From NCBI GenBank assembly GCA_030550775.1, contig JAUQOS010000004.1, positions 1 through 53,084 of the forward strand: 53,084 bases of DNA, given 5' to 3'. The notes under the pieces were generated by a model that saw nothing but the letters and a program-made list of their open reading frames with translations, was not told the origin of the DNA and searched no databases. Positions 19,986 to 28,930 of this stretch are shown one piece after another. The stretch's first letter is position 1; each line of letters starts with the position of its first letter. The translations under genes and the position numbers were made by a program. Source of the stretch: Armatimonadota bacterium (lineage in GTDB: Bacteria; Armatimonadota; Fimbriimonadia; Fimbriimonadales; GBS-DC).

Positions 19986-22235
19986 CTAATGGGATTCATA
20001 CTGGCGTAGCATCTGCTCGGCTTCGGCGCGAGTTACCAATACTTGGCGGGGCTTTGCGCCGTCCAGCGGTCCCACAATGCCCCGACGCTCCATCAAATCC
20101 AGCAAGCGCGCCGCACGCCCGTAGCCAATCTTGAACCGACGCTGCAGCATAGAAGTGGAGGCTTGCCCATGTGCCACCACCAAGCGCACTGCCGCAGGAA
20201 ACAGTTCGTCCTCTTCCTCGTCGTCATCGAAGTCGGCGCTGGAGGGCAGGTCAAACTCGGCAGGGTTGAGCAGGTAGACAGGCGACTCCTGGGCGCGCCA
20301 GAAGTCGGCAACCGCCTCAATCTCGGCTTCCGACACATAGCAGCCCTGAATGCGCGTGGGCTTGGAGGCATCAATCGGCAGGTAGAGCATATCGCCGCGC
20401 CCCAACAGTCGCTCCGCGCCCGCCATGTCCAGGATCGTGCGGCTATCTACTTGGCTGGAAACCGCAAACGCAATTCGGCTGGCGATGTTCGCCTTGATGG
20501 TGCCCGTGATGACATCCACCGACGGGCGCTGCGTGGCAATCACTAAGTGAATGCCTGTGGCGCGTGCCAGTTGTGCCAATCGCGCGATGGAGGTTTCCAC
20601 TTCCGACGCAGCTTGCATCATTAGGTCTGCCAACTCGTCGATAATGACCACCACATAGGGCAGGCGTTCGTCTTCGGCGACGCGCTCGTTGTAGCCCTGA
20701 ATGTTGCGCACGCCCGTGTTGGCAAACAAGTCGTAGCGACGATCCATCTCTTTGAGCACGGCGCGAAGCGCGCCCGCCGCGAGCTTTACATCGCGCACCA
20801 CAGGGCACATCAGGTGCGGAATGCCATCAAACAGCGTGAGTTCAACGCGCTTAGGGTCAATCATCACGAAGCGCAGTTGGCGCGGCGTGGCGCGGAACAG
20901 CAAGCTAGTAATCAGCGAGAGCAAGCACACGCTCTTGCCCGAGTTGGTCGCCCCGCCAATGAGCAGGTGGGGCATCCGTGTCAGGTCGGCGTATTTGGGG
21001 GTACCTGCCACATCTTTGCCGAGCGCGAAGGTAAGTAGGCTTGGTGCGTTCCAAAACTCGGGGTTTTCCATCACTTCGCGCAGGGTCACCATTTGCGGGT
21101 GGTCGTTGGGCACTTCCACACCGATGGCGTTCTTGCCCGGAATGGGAGCCTCTACGCGCACCGCGATTGCTGCCAGCGCCATTGCCAAGTTATCGGCAAG
21201 GTTCACCACACGGTTGACCTTGATGCCCGGCGCAAGCTGGATTTCGTAGCGCGTGACGGTCGGTCCGTGGGCGACCTCCACCACATTCGCGTCGATGCCG
21301 AAATCTTGTAGGGTCTCCTCCAGTTTGGCGATTTTCTCTTTGATTTCGGCTTGATTGCGTTTTGGCGGGGCAGGTGGCTCTTTCAGCAGCGACAGGGGCG
21401 GCAGGGTGTAGTTGCCTGAGGCGGTGGGGGTAGGCAACGGTTCGGGGCGCGTGTCGCGCGGGGTTTCGATGCGAGCGGCTACCTCTTGGTGGGCTTTCTC
21501 GGTGGGCTTTCGTTCTGTCGATTTGAGGGCTGTGGTAGGTGTGGCGGCTGCTGCGCGCGCTGCCAGCTCGCGTTGGTGAGTGCGCTGTTCCGCCTTGCGC
21601 TTGACGGCTTCAGCAGCTTTGCTTGCTGTGCTTGAAGCAACGGCAGCGACGGCTTTGGAAGCGGTAGCGGTGCCCCGCCAGCTCACCTGCAACGCCCGAA
21701 CAAGAGCGCGCGCCAACTGCGCCAGCGGTAGGTTCAGCATCATTAGCGCGCCCAGCAAGGCAAGCACGCCCAGCACAACAGCACGCCCCTGCCCTAGGGC
21801 GGTCGTAAGCAGGTAGCCAATCACCGCGCCCAAATAGCCCCCCGAGCTTTTCAAAGCGTTTGCCTCGAACCAGTTGCCCGCGGCATCAGGCTTAGCAATC
21901 CAGCCCAGCAGCGTCAGCAGCAGCAGCGCACCGCCCCCTATCACCTCTGGCAAGGCGATTTTGCCGTAGCCGAACACCAGCGCACCCGCTGCCAACCACA
22001 ACACCACAGGCAACAGAAACGCACCGTTACCAAACAGCAACTTCAGCCCATCGCGCAGCGTCGCCCCCACCACACCGCTGTTGGGCACCACGAGGCTCAC
22101 CAAAAGGGTGAGCCCTATCAACACTAATACCAACGCGATTCGGTCGTAGAACTGCTGTGAACGCTCCTTCGGCTTTTGCTCGATTCGGCGTGCGTTGGTT
22201 TTGCGTTTGTTGCCGTTGCGCTTCGCGCTTGCCAT
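19986..22235 (-). CDS. ftsK: DNA translocase FtsK/SpoIIIE
   Basis: N-terminal TM domain, PHLLIGGATNSGKS, IIDELADLMM, ATQRPSVDV, gamma domain LQRRFKIGYGRAARL. Start taken as MASAKR. Confidence 0.96.
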   Translation of the reverse strand: MASAKRNGNKRKTNARRIEQKPKERSQQFYDRIALVLVLIGLTLLVSLVVPNSGVVGATLRDGLKLLFGNGAFLLPVVLWLAAGALVFGYGKIALPEVIGGGALLLLTLLGWIAKPDAAGNWFEANALKSSGGYLGAVIGYLLTTALGQGRAVVLGVLALLGALMMLNLPLAQLARALVRALQVSWRGTATASKAVAAVASSTASKAAEAVKRKAEQRTHQRELAARAAAATPTTALKSTERKPTEKAHQEVAARIETPRDTRPEPLPTPTASGNYTLPPLSLLKEPPAPPKRNQAEIKEKIAKLEETLQDFGIDANVVEVAHGPTVTRYEIQLAPGIKVNRVVNLADNLAMALAAIAVRVEAPIPGKNAIGVEVPNDHPQMVTLREVMENPEFWNAPSLLTFALGKDVAGTPKYADLTRMPHLLIGGATNSGKSVCLLSLITSLLFRATPRQLRFVMIDPKRVELTLFDGIPHLMCPVVRDVKLAAGALRAVLKEMDRRYDLFANTGVRNIQGYNERVAEDERLPYVVVIIDELADLMMQAASEVETSIARLAQLARATGIHLVIATQRPSVDVITGTIKANIASRIAFAVSSQVDSRTILDMAGAERLLGRGDMLYLPIDASKPTRIQGCYVSEAEIEAVADFWRAQESPVYLLNPAEFDLPSSADFDDDEEEDELFPAAVRLVVAHGQASTSMLQRRFKIGYGRAARLLDLMERRGIVGPLDGAKPRQVLVTRAEAEQMLRQYESH

Positions 22236-22419
22236 GCTTTCACCCAGCCGTTGCGTAATGCAGCCAATTTGCCCCAACTGATTGTACCCCATGAGGGGTG
22301 TGCAAAGCAAGATTTAGTGATTGCACCGCGTAGACACGCTGAATCTGCCCGAGAACAGCTTCGGGTAAGCAAAACTACGCAGGAAAACCTTTGCCGCCTG
22401 CGAACCAAAGGAGTCGGCT

Positions 22420-23685
22420 ATGCGCATCCTTTTAGTTGGTGGCGGCGGACGCGAGCACGCCATCGCGTGGAAACTATGCCAGAGCCAGCACTGCGAGGCA
22501 CTCTACGCAGCGCCAGGCAACGCGGGCATCGCCCAGCTGGCAGAGTGCGTTCCGATTGCACCTACTGCTATCTCAGAACTGGTGGCGTTTGCCAAGCAAA
22601 ATGCGATTGACCTCGTGGTGGTTGGGCCCGAATCGCCCCTGATTGCGGGGCTGGCAGACGCCATGCGCGAGGCGGGCATTCGGTGCTTTGGTCCGTCGCG
22701 GGCAGCGGCACAGTTGGAGGGCAGCAAGGCGTTCGCCAAACAGCTAATGCAGCAGGTAGGCGCGCCCACTGCCCCCTTCGCGGTGTTCGACGACCCCGAA
22801 ACCGCCAAAGCCTATCTACGCAACCGCTACGCCGAGCATCCATGCGTAGTGAAAGCCGATGGCGAGGCGTTGGGCAAGGGCGCGTTCGTGTGCGACACGC
22901 TTAGCGATGCACTCGACGCAGTAGAGTTCCTGATGGTGGAGCGCGGCCTTGGCGAGGCGGGTGCGCGCGTGGTCATCGAAGACCGCCTCTACGGACGCGA
23001 AATGTCGCTGCTGTGCATCGTAGATGGACAGACCGCCCTACCAATGCCTCCTGTGCGCGACTATAAACGCGCCTTAGACAGCGACCGCGGACCGAACACG
23101 GGCGGTATGGGCTGCTACACGCCCCTGCCCGACGCACCCCCCGCCCTGATTGAGGCAGCCCTGCACCAGATTGTACACCCCGTGGTTGCAGCAATGGCAC
23201 AACGCGGCACGCCCTATCACGGCATCCTCTACGCAGGGCTAATGATTAGCAACGAGCAACCCTACACGCTGGAGTTCAACTGCCGCTTCGGTGACCCTGA
23301 AACCCAAGTGCTTATGCCTCTGCTGGAAAGCGACCTAGTAGAACTTGCGCTGGCATCCATCGAGGGCACATTGCACGCAACACCGATGCGGTTCAGTTCG
23401 CGTGCTGCAGTATGCGTGGTGCTGGCCTCAGGGGGGTACCCCGGCAGCTACCGCACAGGATTGCCGATTGAGGGGCTGTCGCAAGCCAGTCAACTGCCCG
23501 ATGTGCTGATTTTCCACGCGGGCACGCGCCAACAAGAGGGGCAAATCGTCACAGCGGGTGGGCGCGTGCTCAATGTAGTCGGAATCGGGGATACCCTTGC
23601 CGACGCCCGCGCCAACGCCTACCGCGCTGTGGAGTCAATCCACTTTGAAGGCATGCACTACCGCACCGACATCGCACTGACCTGA
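22420..23685 (+). CDS. purD: Phosphoribosylamine-glycine ligase
   Basis: GGGGREHA, LEGSK.FAK, GPNTGGMG, EFNCRFGDPE, HAGT, GGRVL. Confidence 0.98.
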   Translation: MRILLVGGGGREHAIAWKLCQSQHCEALYAAPGNAGIAQLAECVPIAPTAISELVAFAKQNAIDLVVVGPESPLIAGLADAMREAGIRCFGPSRAAAQLEGSKAFAKQLMQQVGAPTAPFAVFDDPETAKAYLRNRYAEHPCVVKADGEALGKGAFVCDTLSDALDAVEFLMVERGLGEAGARVVIEDRLYGREMSLLCIVDGQTALPMPPVRDYKRALDSDRGPNTGGMGCYTPLPDAPPALIEAALHQIVHPVVAAMAQRGTPYHGILYAGLMISNEQPYTLEFNCRFGDPETQVLMPLLESDLVELALASIEGTLHATPMRFSSRAAVCVVLASGGYPGSYRTGLPIEGLSQASQLPDVLIFHAGTRQQEGQIVTAGGRVLNVVGIGDTLADARANAYRAVESIHFEGMHYRTDIALT

Positions 23686-23691
23686 GCAGTT

Positions 23692-23816
23692 CGTCCCCCC
23701 GAGCGCCGCGCGGAGGCTTGCTCTGTCTTCCAGAGATCCCTCGCCTGCGGCTCAGAAGGACAGGAAAGGTCGGGGCATCAACGACACTGTCCTTCCGAGC
23801 CAAGCGGGGGATCCCG
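23692..23816. repeat. Three degenerate REP-like units
   Basis: CGTCCCCCCGAGCGCCGCGCGG / GAGATCCCTCGCCTGCGGCTCAGAAGGACA / TGTCCTTCCGAGCCAAGCGGGGGATCCC. Confidence 0.65.
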
Positions 23817-23818
23817 CC

Positions 23819-24081
23819 CTGGTAAGGGTACAACGCACAGGTTCAACTTAGCTGTACCAACAACCAACTTAACTCCCTCAACCCCCTTACCCCCTCCGTA
23901 AGGTTCCCCCCGCTCCGCAAGGGGAACCGAAAAACGCACTCGGTTTCCCCTATGCAGTAGGGGGGAACCTGAAGGAGGGGGTTCGCGAAAAATCCGTCTC
24001 TGCCTTCTGCTTGAGGCGCTGAAAATGGGGCAAATGCGCCAGCGGCGTCCGAATTCGGGGTGAACCGTGCACCCTTATCAG
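23819..24081. mobile_element. MITE family A copy 1 (263 bp)
   Basis: TIRs CTGGTAAGGGTACAACG / CGTGCACCCTTATCAG; exact 10-bp flanking duplication GGATCCCGCC (23809-23818, 24082-24091); internal hairpin cassette 23889-23982. Confidence 0.85.
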
Positions 24082-24181
24082 GGATCCCGCCCACCCCAGA
24101 CAAATAGGTAGCCACTCAGGCGATTGTGTTAACTTGACTCACGCATTCGGGGTATAATCCTATCTGTAGCGGGTGAGAGCG

Positions 24182-26236
24182 ATGTATACCCCATCGGTAG
24201 CAAGCAACGGAGCGGGGGCACCAATGGCTAAACGCCAACTGGTTGGGCGCGTGGTGGGCACCGAACGCCAACCCAACACGGCATATCAGTTCCACTTTTG
24301 GGCGACCCCCGAAGCCCCCATCGGCATTGGCACCCTGGTTGTGGTGGACACAGGCTATCGGCAAGTGTGGGGCATCGTTACGGAAGGGCAGGGCTACAAC
24401 GATGTCGCCAGCCCGATGTTTGATTATTTAGGCGCCGACGCCAAACCCGACGCACAGCCGCCCACCGAACGCCCTGAAATCCGCGTCTACACCGCCGCCG
24501 TGCTGCGCCACAACCCCGAACAGCCCGTACAACCCGTACCAATCGCTCCTGTCTACTTGGCAACCGAACACGATGTTCAACTGGCACTACGCATTGACGA
24601 AATTCCCGACCATCGCCGGATTCCTGTGGGCGTCTACGAGAGCGGCGCCAACATCGCCCCAATTTACTTGGATGCTGACTTTCTGCTGGGACCCGAAGCA
24701 GGGCACCTCAATGTCACGGGTGCCAGCGGTTTGGCTGCCAAAACCAGCGCAATTTTGTTCTTACTCACGGCGATTTTCCAAAAAACCAGTAAAAGCGTAG
24801 CGGCAGTCTGCTTCAATGTCAAAGGGGGCGACCTGCTGTTTCTTGACCTGCCGCCAGCCCATCAACTGGACAGTCGCGACCAACAGATTTACAAGGCATT
24901 GGGCGTGGATCCCAAGCCATTCCCGCGCGTGGAGTATTACGCTCCTTACAAGCCCGACCGCGTGAACTTGGCAACGCTACGCACCCACCCACAACTGCGC
25001 CACAATGTGCACCCGATGCTGTGGGGCATGCGCGAGGTGATGCGTTATGTGGAGGTGCTGCTGAACAAAGACGACGTGGACGCTAAGGCGGACGCCTTTT
25101 TGCAGTTTCTACGCCAGCGTGTGATTGAGCCAGGCGAGTTCGCCTTCGAGGAAGAGGAAGCCGACATCCTGAAAGCGCGCGGGCTGCCCGGCGTTTATCG
25201 CGTGAACAGTTTTGGCGACCTTGTGCACTGGTTTGAAGCGGTGCTCAAGCTGCTGGAGGCGAAAAACCAAAAGCAATGGCGCAGCTTCGCGGTGGAAACC
25301 ATTCGCAAAATCCAAAACCGTCTCGTGAACCTCACCACGCGCTTCGCGGGCTTGGTGGGCGAAGGCGACACCGCAATGGACTTGCCGTGGGGCAAGTTCC
25401 AAGACCGCACGGTGTATGTGATTGATGTGGCGAACCTCTCAGCAGAGGCGCAAGACTTGATTTTCACGCGCGTGGTAGCCGAACTGCGTGAGCGCATGGA
25501 ACAGCGCAGCTTGGGCGTGGACGCAGTCGTGGTAGTGGTGGATGAGCTGAACCAATATGCGCCCAACACCAACCGCGAAACCTATGTGATGCGCACCCTG
25601 CGCGACATCTGCGCACGCGGACGCTACTTAGGGCTGGTGCTGTTTGGAGCGCAGCAATTCCGTTCCCAAGTAGACCGCCAGGTGGTGGGCAACTGTTCCA
25701 CCTCGCTATACGGGCGTATTGAGATGGAGGAGATGGCACAGCCGGGCTACAATATCTTCGGCGCGGCGGTGAAAGAGAAGATGGGCGCGCTTTCGCCCGG
25801 CGAGATGTTAGTGCGCCACCCCTATTTCAACCAGCCAATTTTCATCCGCTTCCCGCGTCCTGCAATTATGCGTGGACAAGATGGCTTGCAGCTTTATAAG
25901 CCCGAGCCAGACAAGCCCCTGGAAGACGCCGTGTGGGAGAACCTGCGCCATCTAAACCCCAACCTGTCGCGCAACGCGGTGGTGGATATCTTAGTGCGGG
26001 CACGCAACGGCAACGGCGACCTCGACCGCGAGCGCATTATTGCGGCACTCCACAAAACCCTCACCACCCGCCCTGACCCTGACAAGGTGCTGGAGGTGTT
26101 CGAGCGCGAAATTCCCAAGCCTGTGGCTGCGCGCCGCGTCGAAAGCAGCAGCGACCTTATGCCCGACACCGCGATGCCCATTGACCCTCTCAACGGCGGG
26201 TTGTTTGAAGATGATGAAGATCCGTTCAACGACTGA
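24182..26236 (+). CDS. HerA-like ATPase (HAS barrel + HerA/FtsK-superfamily motor), Deinococcus/Thermus-type
   Basis: N-terminal VGRVVG HAS-barrel, atypical Walker A HLNVTGASGLAAKT, FNVKGGDL, Walker B VVVVDELN.YAP, RGRYLG..LFGAQQ. Alternative start 24224. Confidence 0.85.
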   Translation: MYTPSVASNGAGAPMAKRQLVGRVVGTERQPNTAYQFHFWATPEAPIGIGTLVVVDTGYRQVWGIVTEGQGYNDVASPMFDYLGADAKPDAQPPTERPEIRVYTAAVLRHNPEQPVQPVPIAPVYLATEHDVQLALRIDEIPDHRRIPVGVYESGANIAPIYLDADFLLGPEAGHLNVTGASGLAAKTSAILFLLTAIFQKTSKSVAAVCFNVKGGDLLFLDLPPAHQLDSRDQQIYKALGVDPKPFPRVEYYAPYKPDRVNLATLRTHPQLRHNVHPMLWGMREVMRYVEVLLNKDDVDAKADAFLQFLRQRVIEPGEFAFEEEEADILKARGLPGVYRVNSFGDLVHWFEAVLKLLEAKNQKQWRSFAVETIRKIQNRLVNLTTRFAGLVGEGDTAMDLPWGKFQDRTVYVIDVANLSAEAQDLIFTRVVAELRERMEQRSLGVDAVVVVVDELNQYAPNTNRETYVMRTLRDICARGRYLGLVLFGAQQFRSQVDRQVVGNCSTSLYGRIEMEEMAQPGYNIFGAAVKEKMGALSPGEMLVRHPYFNQPIFIRFPRPAIMRGQDGLQLYKPEPDKPLEDAVWENLRHLNPNLSRNAVVDILVRARNGNGDLDRERIIAALHKTLTTRPDPDKVLEVFEREIPKPVAARRVESSSDLMPDTAMPIDPLNGGLFEDDEDPFND

Positions 26237-26291
26237 ACAAGTAGCGTCGTAGCACTTCGCGCAGATTACGACAGGTATACTCCTTTGCGAT

Positions 26292-27452
26292 ATGGAGCTG
26301 CCCAACGACGCGCTCGTGCGATGGCGCCTCATTTTGGGCAGGCGTGCCGAGTCTGCCAACGCTGCCTTTCGGCTGGACGGCATAGACGAAGAATCGGCGT
26401 CGCTGGCACTGCCACTGCCCGAAGGAATGAACCTAACCCATGTTGACCAAATGCTGAGCTTCGTGTACGATCGCGGTGCGCGTGTGGGCGGCACAGGCGA
26501 CACTGCACCCTACATCCCCGAATGGCTGGCGCAGATGCGCGCGCTGTTCAACCAATCCACGCTTGCGATGGTACAGCGCGACGCCTTCGAGCGCACAGGC
26601 TTAGCCGAGCTACTGCTCCAACCCGAAGTACTGCCTCACCTACAGCCCGATGTGCGCCTCGTGGCAACCATCCTCAGCCTGAAAGACCAAATCCCCGACA
26701 CGGTGAAACAAACCGCCCGCGAACTGATACGCAACGTAGTGGAGCAACTGCGCCGCAAACTGGAAGTGCAGGCGCGCCAAGCGGTGTTTGGCGCGCTTCA
26801 GCGCAACCGCTACTCGCCTATCCGCTCCGCCCGCAATCTCGATTGGCGACGCACCCTCAAAAGCAACCTCAAACACTACCTGCCCGAGCGCAAAACCATC
26901 ATCCCCGAACGGCTCTACTTCTGGGCAAACGAACAGCGGTTCCATGACTGGCAAATCATTATCTTGGTAGACCAAAGCGGCAGCATGGCGAACTCCGCTG
27001 TCTACGCCTGCCTCATGGCAAGCATTTTTGCCTCGCTAAGCGTGCTGGAGACCCATCTCGTGGTGTTCGACACCAGTGTGGTAGACCTCACCCCCTATCT
27101 CAACAACGACCCCGTAGAGCTATTGTTCACTTTGCAGTTGGGCGGGGGCACCGACATCGCGCAAGCGGTTGCCTACGGGGCGCGCCTGGTCAAACGCCCC
27201 GAAAAATGTATCTTTGTGCTGATTACTGACCTTTACGAAGGAGGCAGCCAGCAGGCATTGCTGGAGCAACTGCGCGCCCTGCGTGAGAGCAAGGTGCAAG
27301 TGTTATGCCTGCTCGCGCTGGAGGACGGCAAGCCCGAGTACAACAAGCCTTTAGCGCGCCAAGTCGCGGCGCTGGATATTCCTACCTTTGCCGCCACACC
27401 CGACAAGCTGCTGGAAGTGATGGAACAGATTCTCAAGGGGGCACGCCGCTGA
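26292..27452 (+). CDS. VWA domain protein (YehP/CoxE-like)
   Basis: RWRLILG N-terminus, LDW.RT...NL, MIDAS DQSGSM, GGGTDI..A, ITDLYEG. Confidence 0.9.
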   Translation: MELPNDALVRWRLILGRRAESANAAFRLDGIDEESASLALPLPEGMNLTHVDQMLSFVYDRGARVGGTGDTAPYIPEWLAQMRALFNQSTLAMVQRDAFERTGLAELLLQPEVLPHLQPDVRLVATILSLKDQIPDTVKQTARELIRNVVEQLRRKLEVQARQAVFGALQRNRYSPIRSARNLDWRRTLKSNLKHYLPERKTIIPERLYFWANEQRFHDWQIIILVDQSGSMANSAVYACLMASIFASLSVLETHLVVFDTSVVDLTPYLNNDPVELLFTLQLGGGTDIAQAVAYGARLVKRPEKCIFVLITDLYEGGSQQALLEQLRALRESKVQVLCLLALEDGKPEYNKPLARQVAALDIPTFAATPDKLLEVMEQILKGARR

Positions 27453-28894
27453 TGCAACCGATGAGTTTGGACGAGGTACGCGCCTTATGCGACCACGCCA
27501 CCTATCGCAACGCCGAGCAGATTGTGGCGGGCAATCAGTTGTTGCACTTAGCACGCTCCGAGACGGTACTTTACGCGCAAGTGCAAGGTACCAAGCCCTA
27601 CACCGTGCGGATTGAGGCATCCGGGGGCACGCTCAACGCCAAGTGTACTTGCCCTGCCGCGCGGTTCAGCAAATTCTGCAAGCACGCGATTGCCGTGCTG
27701 ATTGCGTGGGCGCAGTCGCCCGAGCGGTTTGTTTACGGCGAACAGACCCAAGCCGAGTCGCCCGCCGCCCAGCCCGCGCGTCGGGGCAAGCGCGCCGCCA
27801 AAGCCACCGTCGAGCGCACCGACCTGCAATCACAGAGCATTGACCGGACACTCAAAGCCGTGCAAGAGCTGGCCGAGCGTGGGCTGACAGGGACTCAGCC
27901 CGCCTTTTTAGAACAGCTCAAAGCTTTGGCGCCCAACTTGGAAGCCCTCAAGGCGCGCCGGCTCAAGCAGGCGCTGGAACGGTTGGTGCAGTTGATTGAA
28001 CAGGCTCACACCAACCCTGTCAACGAGGAGCAGTACACGCGTGCCCTGCTGCGCCTGTGGCTCACTGCACGCGCCTTAGAGGAACATTTCCGCGAGCGGC
28101 GACCCCTGCCCGACGAGCAATTAGAAGAGATGTTGGGGCGCACTTGGCGCGATAAAGATTTGCAACCCCGTTACAACCTGCGTCTGCTGGAGCTTGGCTA
28201 CGAAAACATCCAGCTACCGTCAGGCTTTCGGCTGGACATTAGCCATTTGATGGAACTGGACACAGGCGAGTTGTTGCGCGAAATCAAGATCGCGCCGCTG
28301 CACGCGCCCAGCCGCGAGGCACAGGCGTTCAAACCGCGTCGTTCGGAGCCGCTGCTGGCAACACGCGCAGGCATTTACCCGGGCTATCCACCCAAGCGCG
28401 TGAAGTTGTATGAGACGCTGCCGCTTAGCGAGCCGCGTGCCGAGCTGATTGCCCAAGCCCTGCGTCACGCCTACACCGAGTGGCAGCCGCTGATTAGCCA
28501 CTACCTACAGCGGCTGCTTGACCCGTTTGCGCCGCGCGAGTTGCCGTGTTTGGTGCGCCCTCAACAAATCGTGTGGCAAGAGGGGCAGGCGTGGTTGGCA
28601 GATGTGCAGGGCACATTGTTGCCCCTGCAGGTGGAGACGACGCCAACCGCACTCGCGCGTTTGAACAAAGAGCCAGCGAGCGAAATGGAAGCACTGCGGT
28701 GGCTGCCTTTAGATACGCTGGGCATAGAGCGCTTGAATTTCGGCGTGCCGCGCGAGTTGGCGCTGCTGCGTCGTTCATGGCTGGCGTTGTTTGGCTATTT
28801 GGAGGGCGAGGACGAGGTTCGTTTCCGCCCGATTAGCGGGTTGCACGAGCAAGGTGCGTTGCCGATTGTGTGGGGGGTGCAGGTACGCAGCTGA
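27452..28894 (+). CDS. SWIM zinc-finger protein (YehQ-like)
   Basis: TGATG overlap with the VWA stop; VQGT.PY, CTCP......CKH SWIM motif. Confidence 0.85.
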   Translation: MQPMSLDEVRALCDHATYRNAEQIVAGNQLLHLARSETVLYAQVQGTKPYTVRIEASGGTLNAKCTCPAARFSKFCKHAIAVLIAWAQSPERFVYGEQTQAESPAAQPARRGKRAAKATVERTDLQSQSIDRTLKAVQELAERGLTGTQPAFLEQLKALAPNLEALKARRLKQALERLVQLIEQAHTNPVNEEQYTRALLRLWLTARALEEHFRERRPLPDEQLEEMLGRTWRDKDLQPRYNLRLLELGYENIQLPSGFRLDISHLMELDTGELLREIKIAPLHAPSREAQAFKPRRSEPLLATRAGIYPGYPPKRVKLYETLPLSEPRAELIAQALRHAYTEWQPLISHYLQRLLDPFAPRELPCLVRPQQIVWQEGQAWLADVQGTLLPLQVETTPTALARLNKEPASEMEALRWLPLDTLGIERLNFGVPRELALLRRSWLALFGYLEGEDEVRFRPISGLHEQGALPIVWGVQVRS

Positions 28895-28898
28895 ATCA

Positions 28899-28925
28899 AA
28901 GCCCCTGCCGCGCGGGCAGGGGCTT
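28899..28925. terminator. Hairpin between convergent SWIM gene and pnp
   Basis: AAGCCCCTGCC-gcgcg-GGCAGGGGCTT. Confidence 0.75.
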
Positions 28926-28930
28926 GTGAT

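Noticed and set aside
23843..24115. Short ORFs with PLR.GGNLTEGV (also 12132-12314, 50368-50553) as a peptide family
   Set aside because: They are translations of the palindromic cassette, lack consistent starts, and are better explained as repeat DNA.
19986..26236. ftsK plus HerA as a conjugative or integrative element
   Set aside because: ftsK has the housekeeping TM + gamma architecture; no relaxase, integrase, T4SS genes or att sites were seen.
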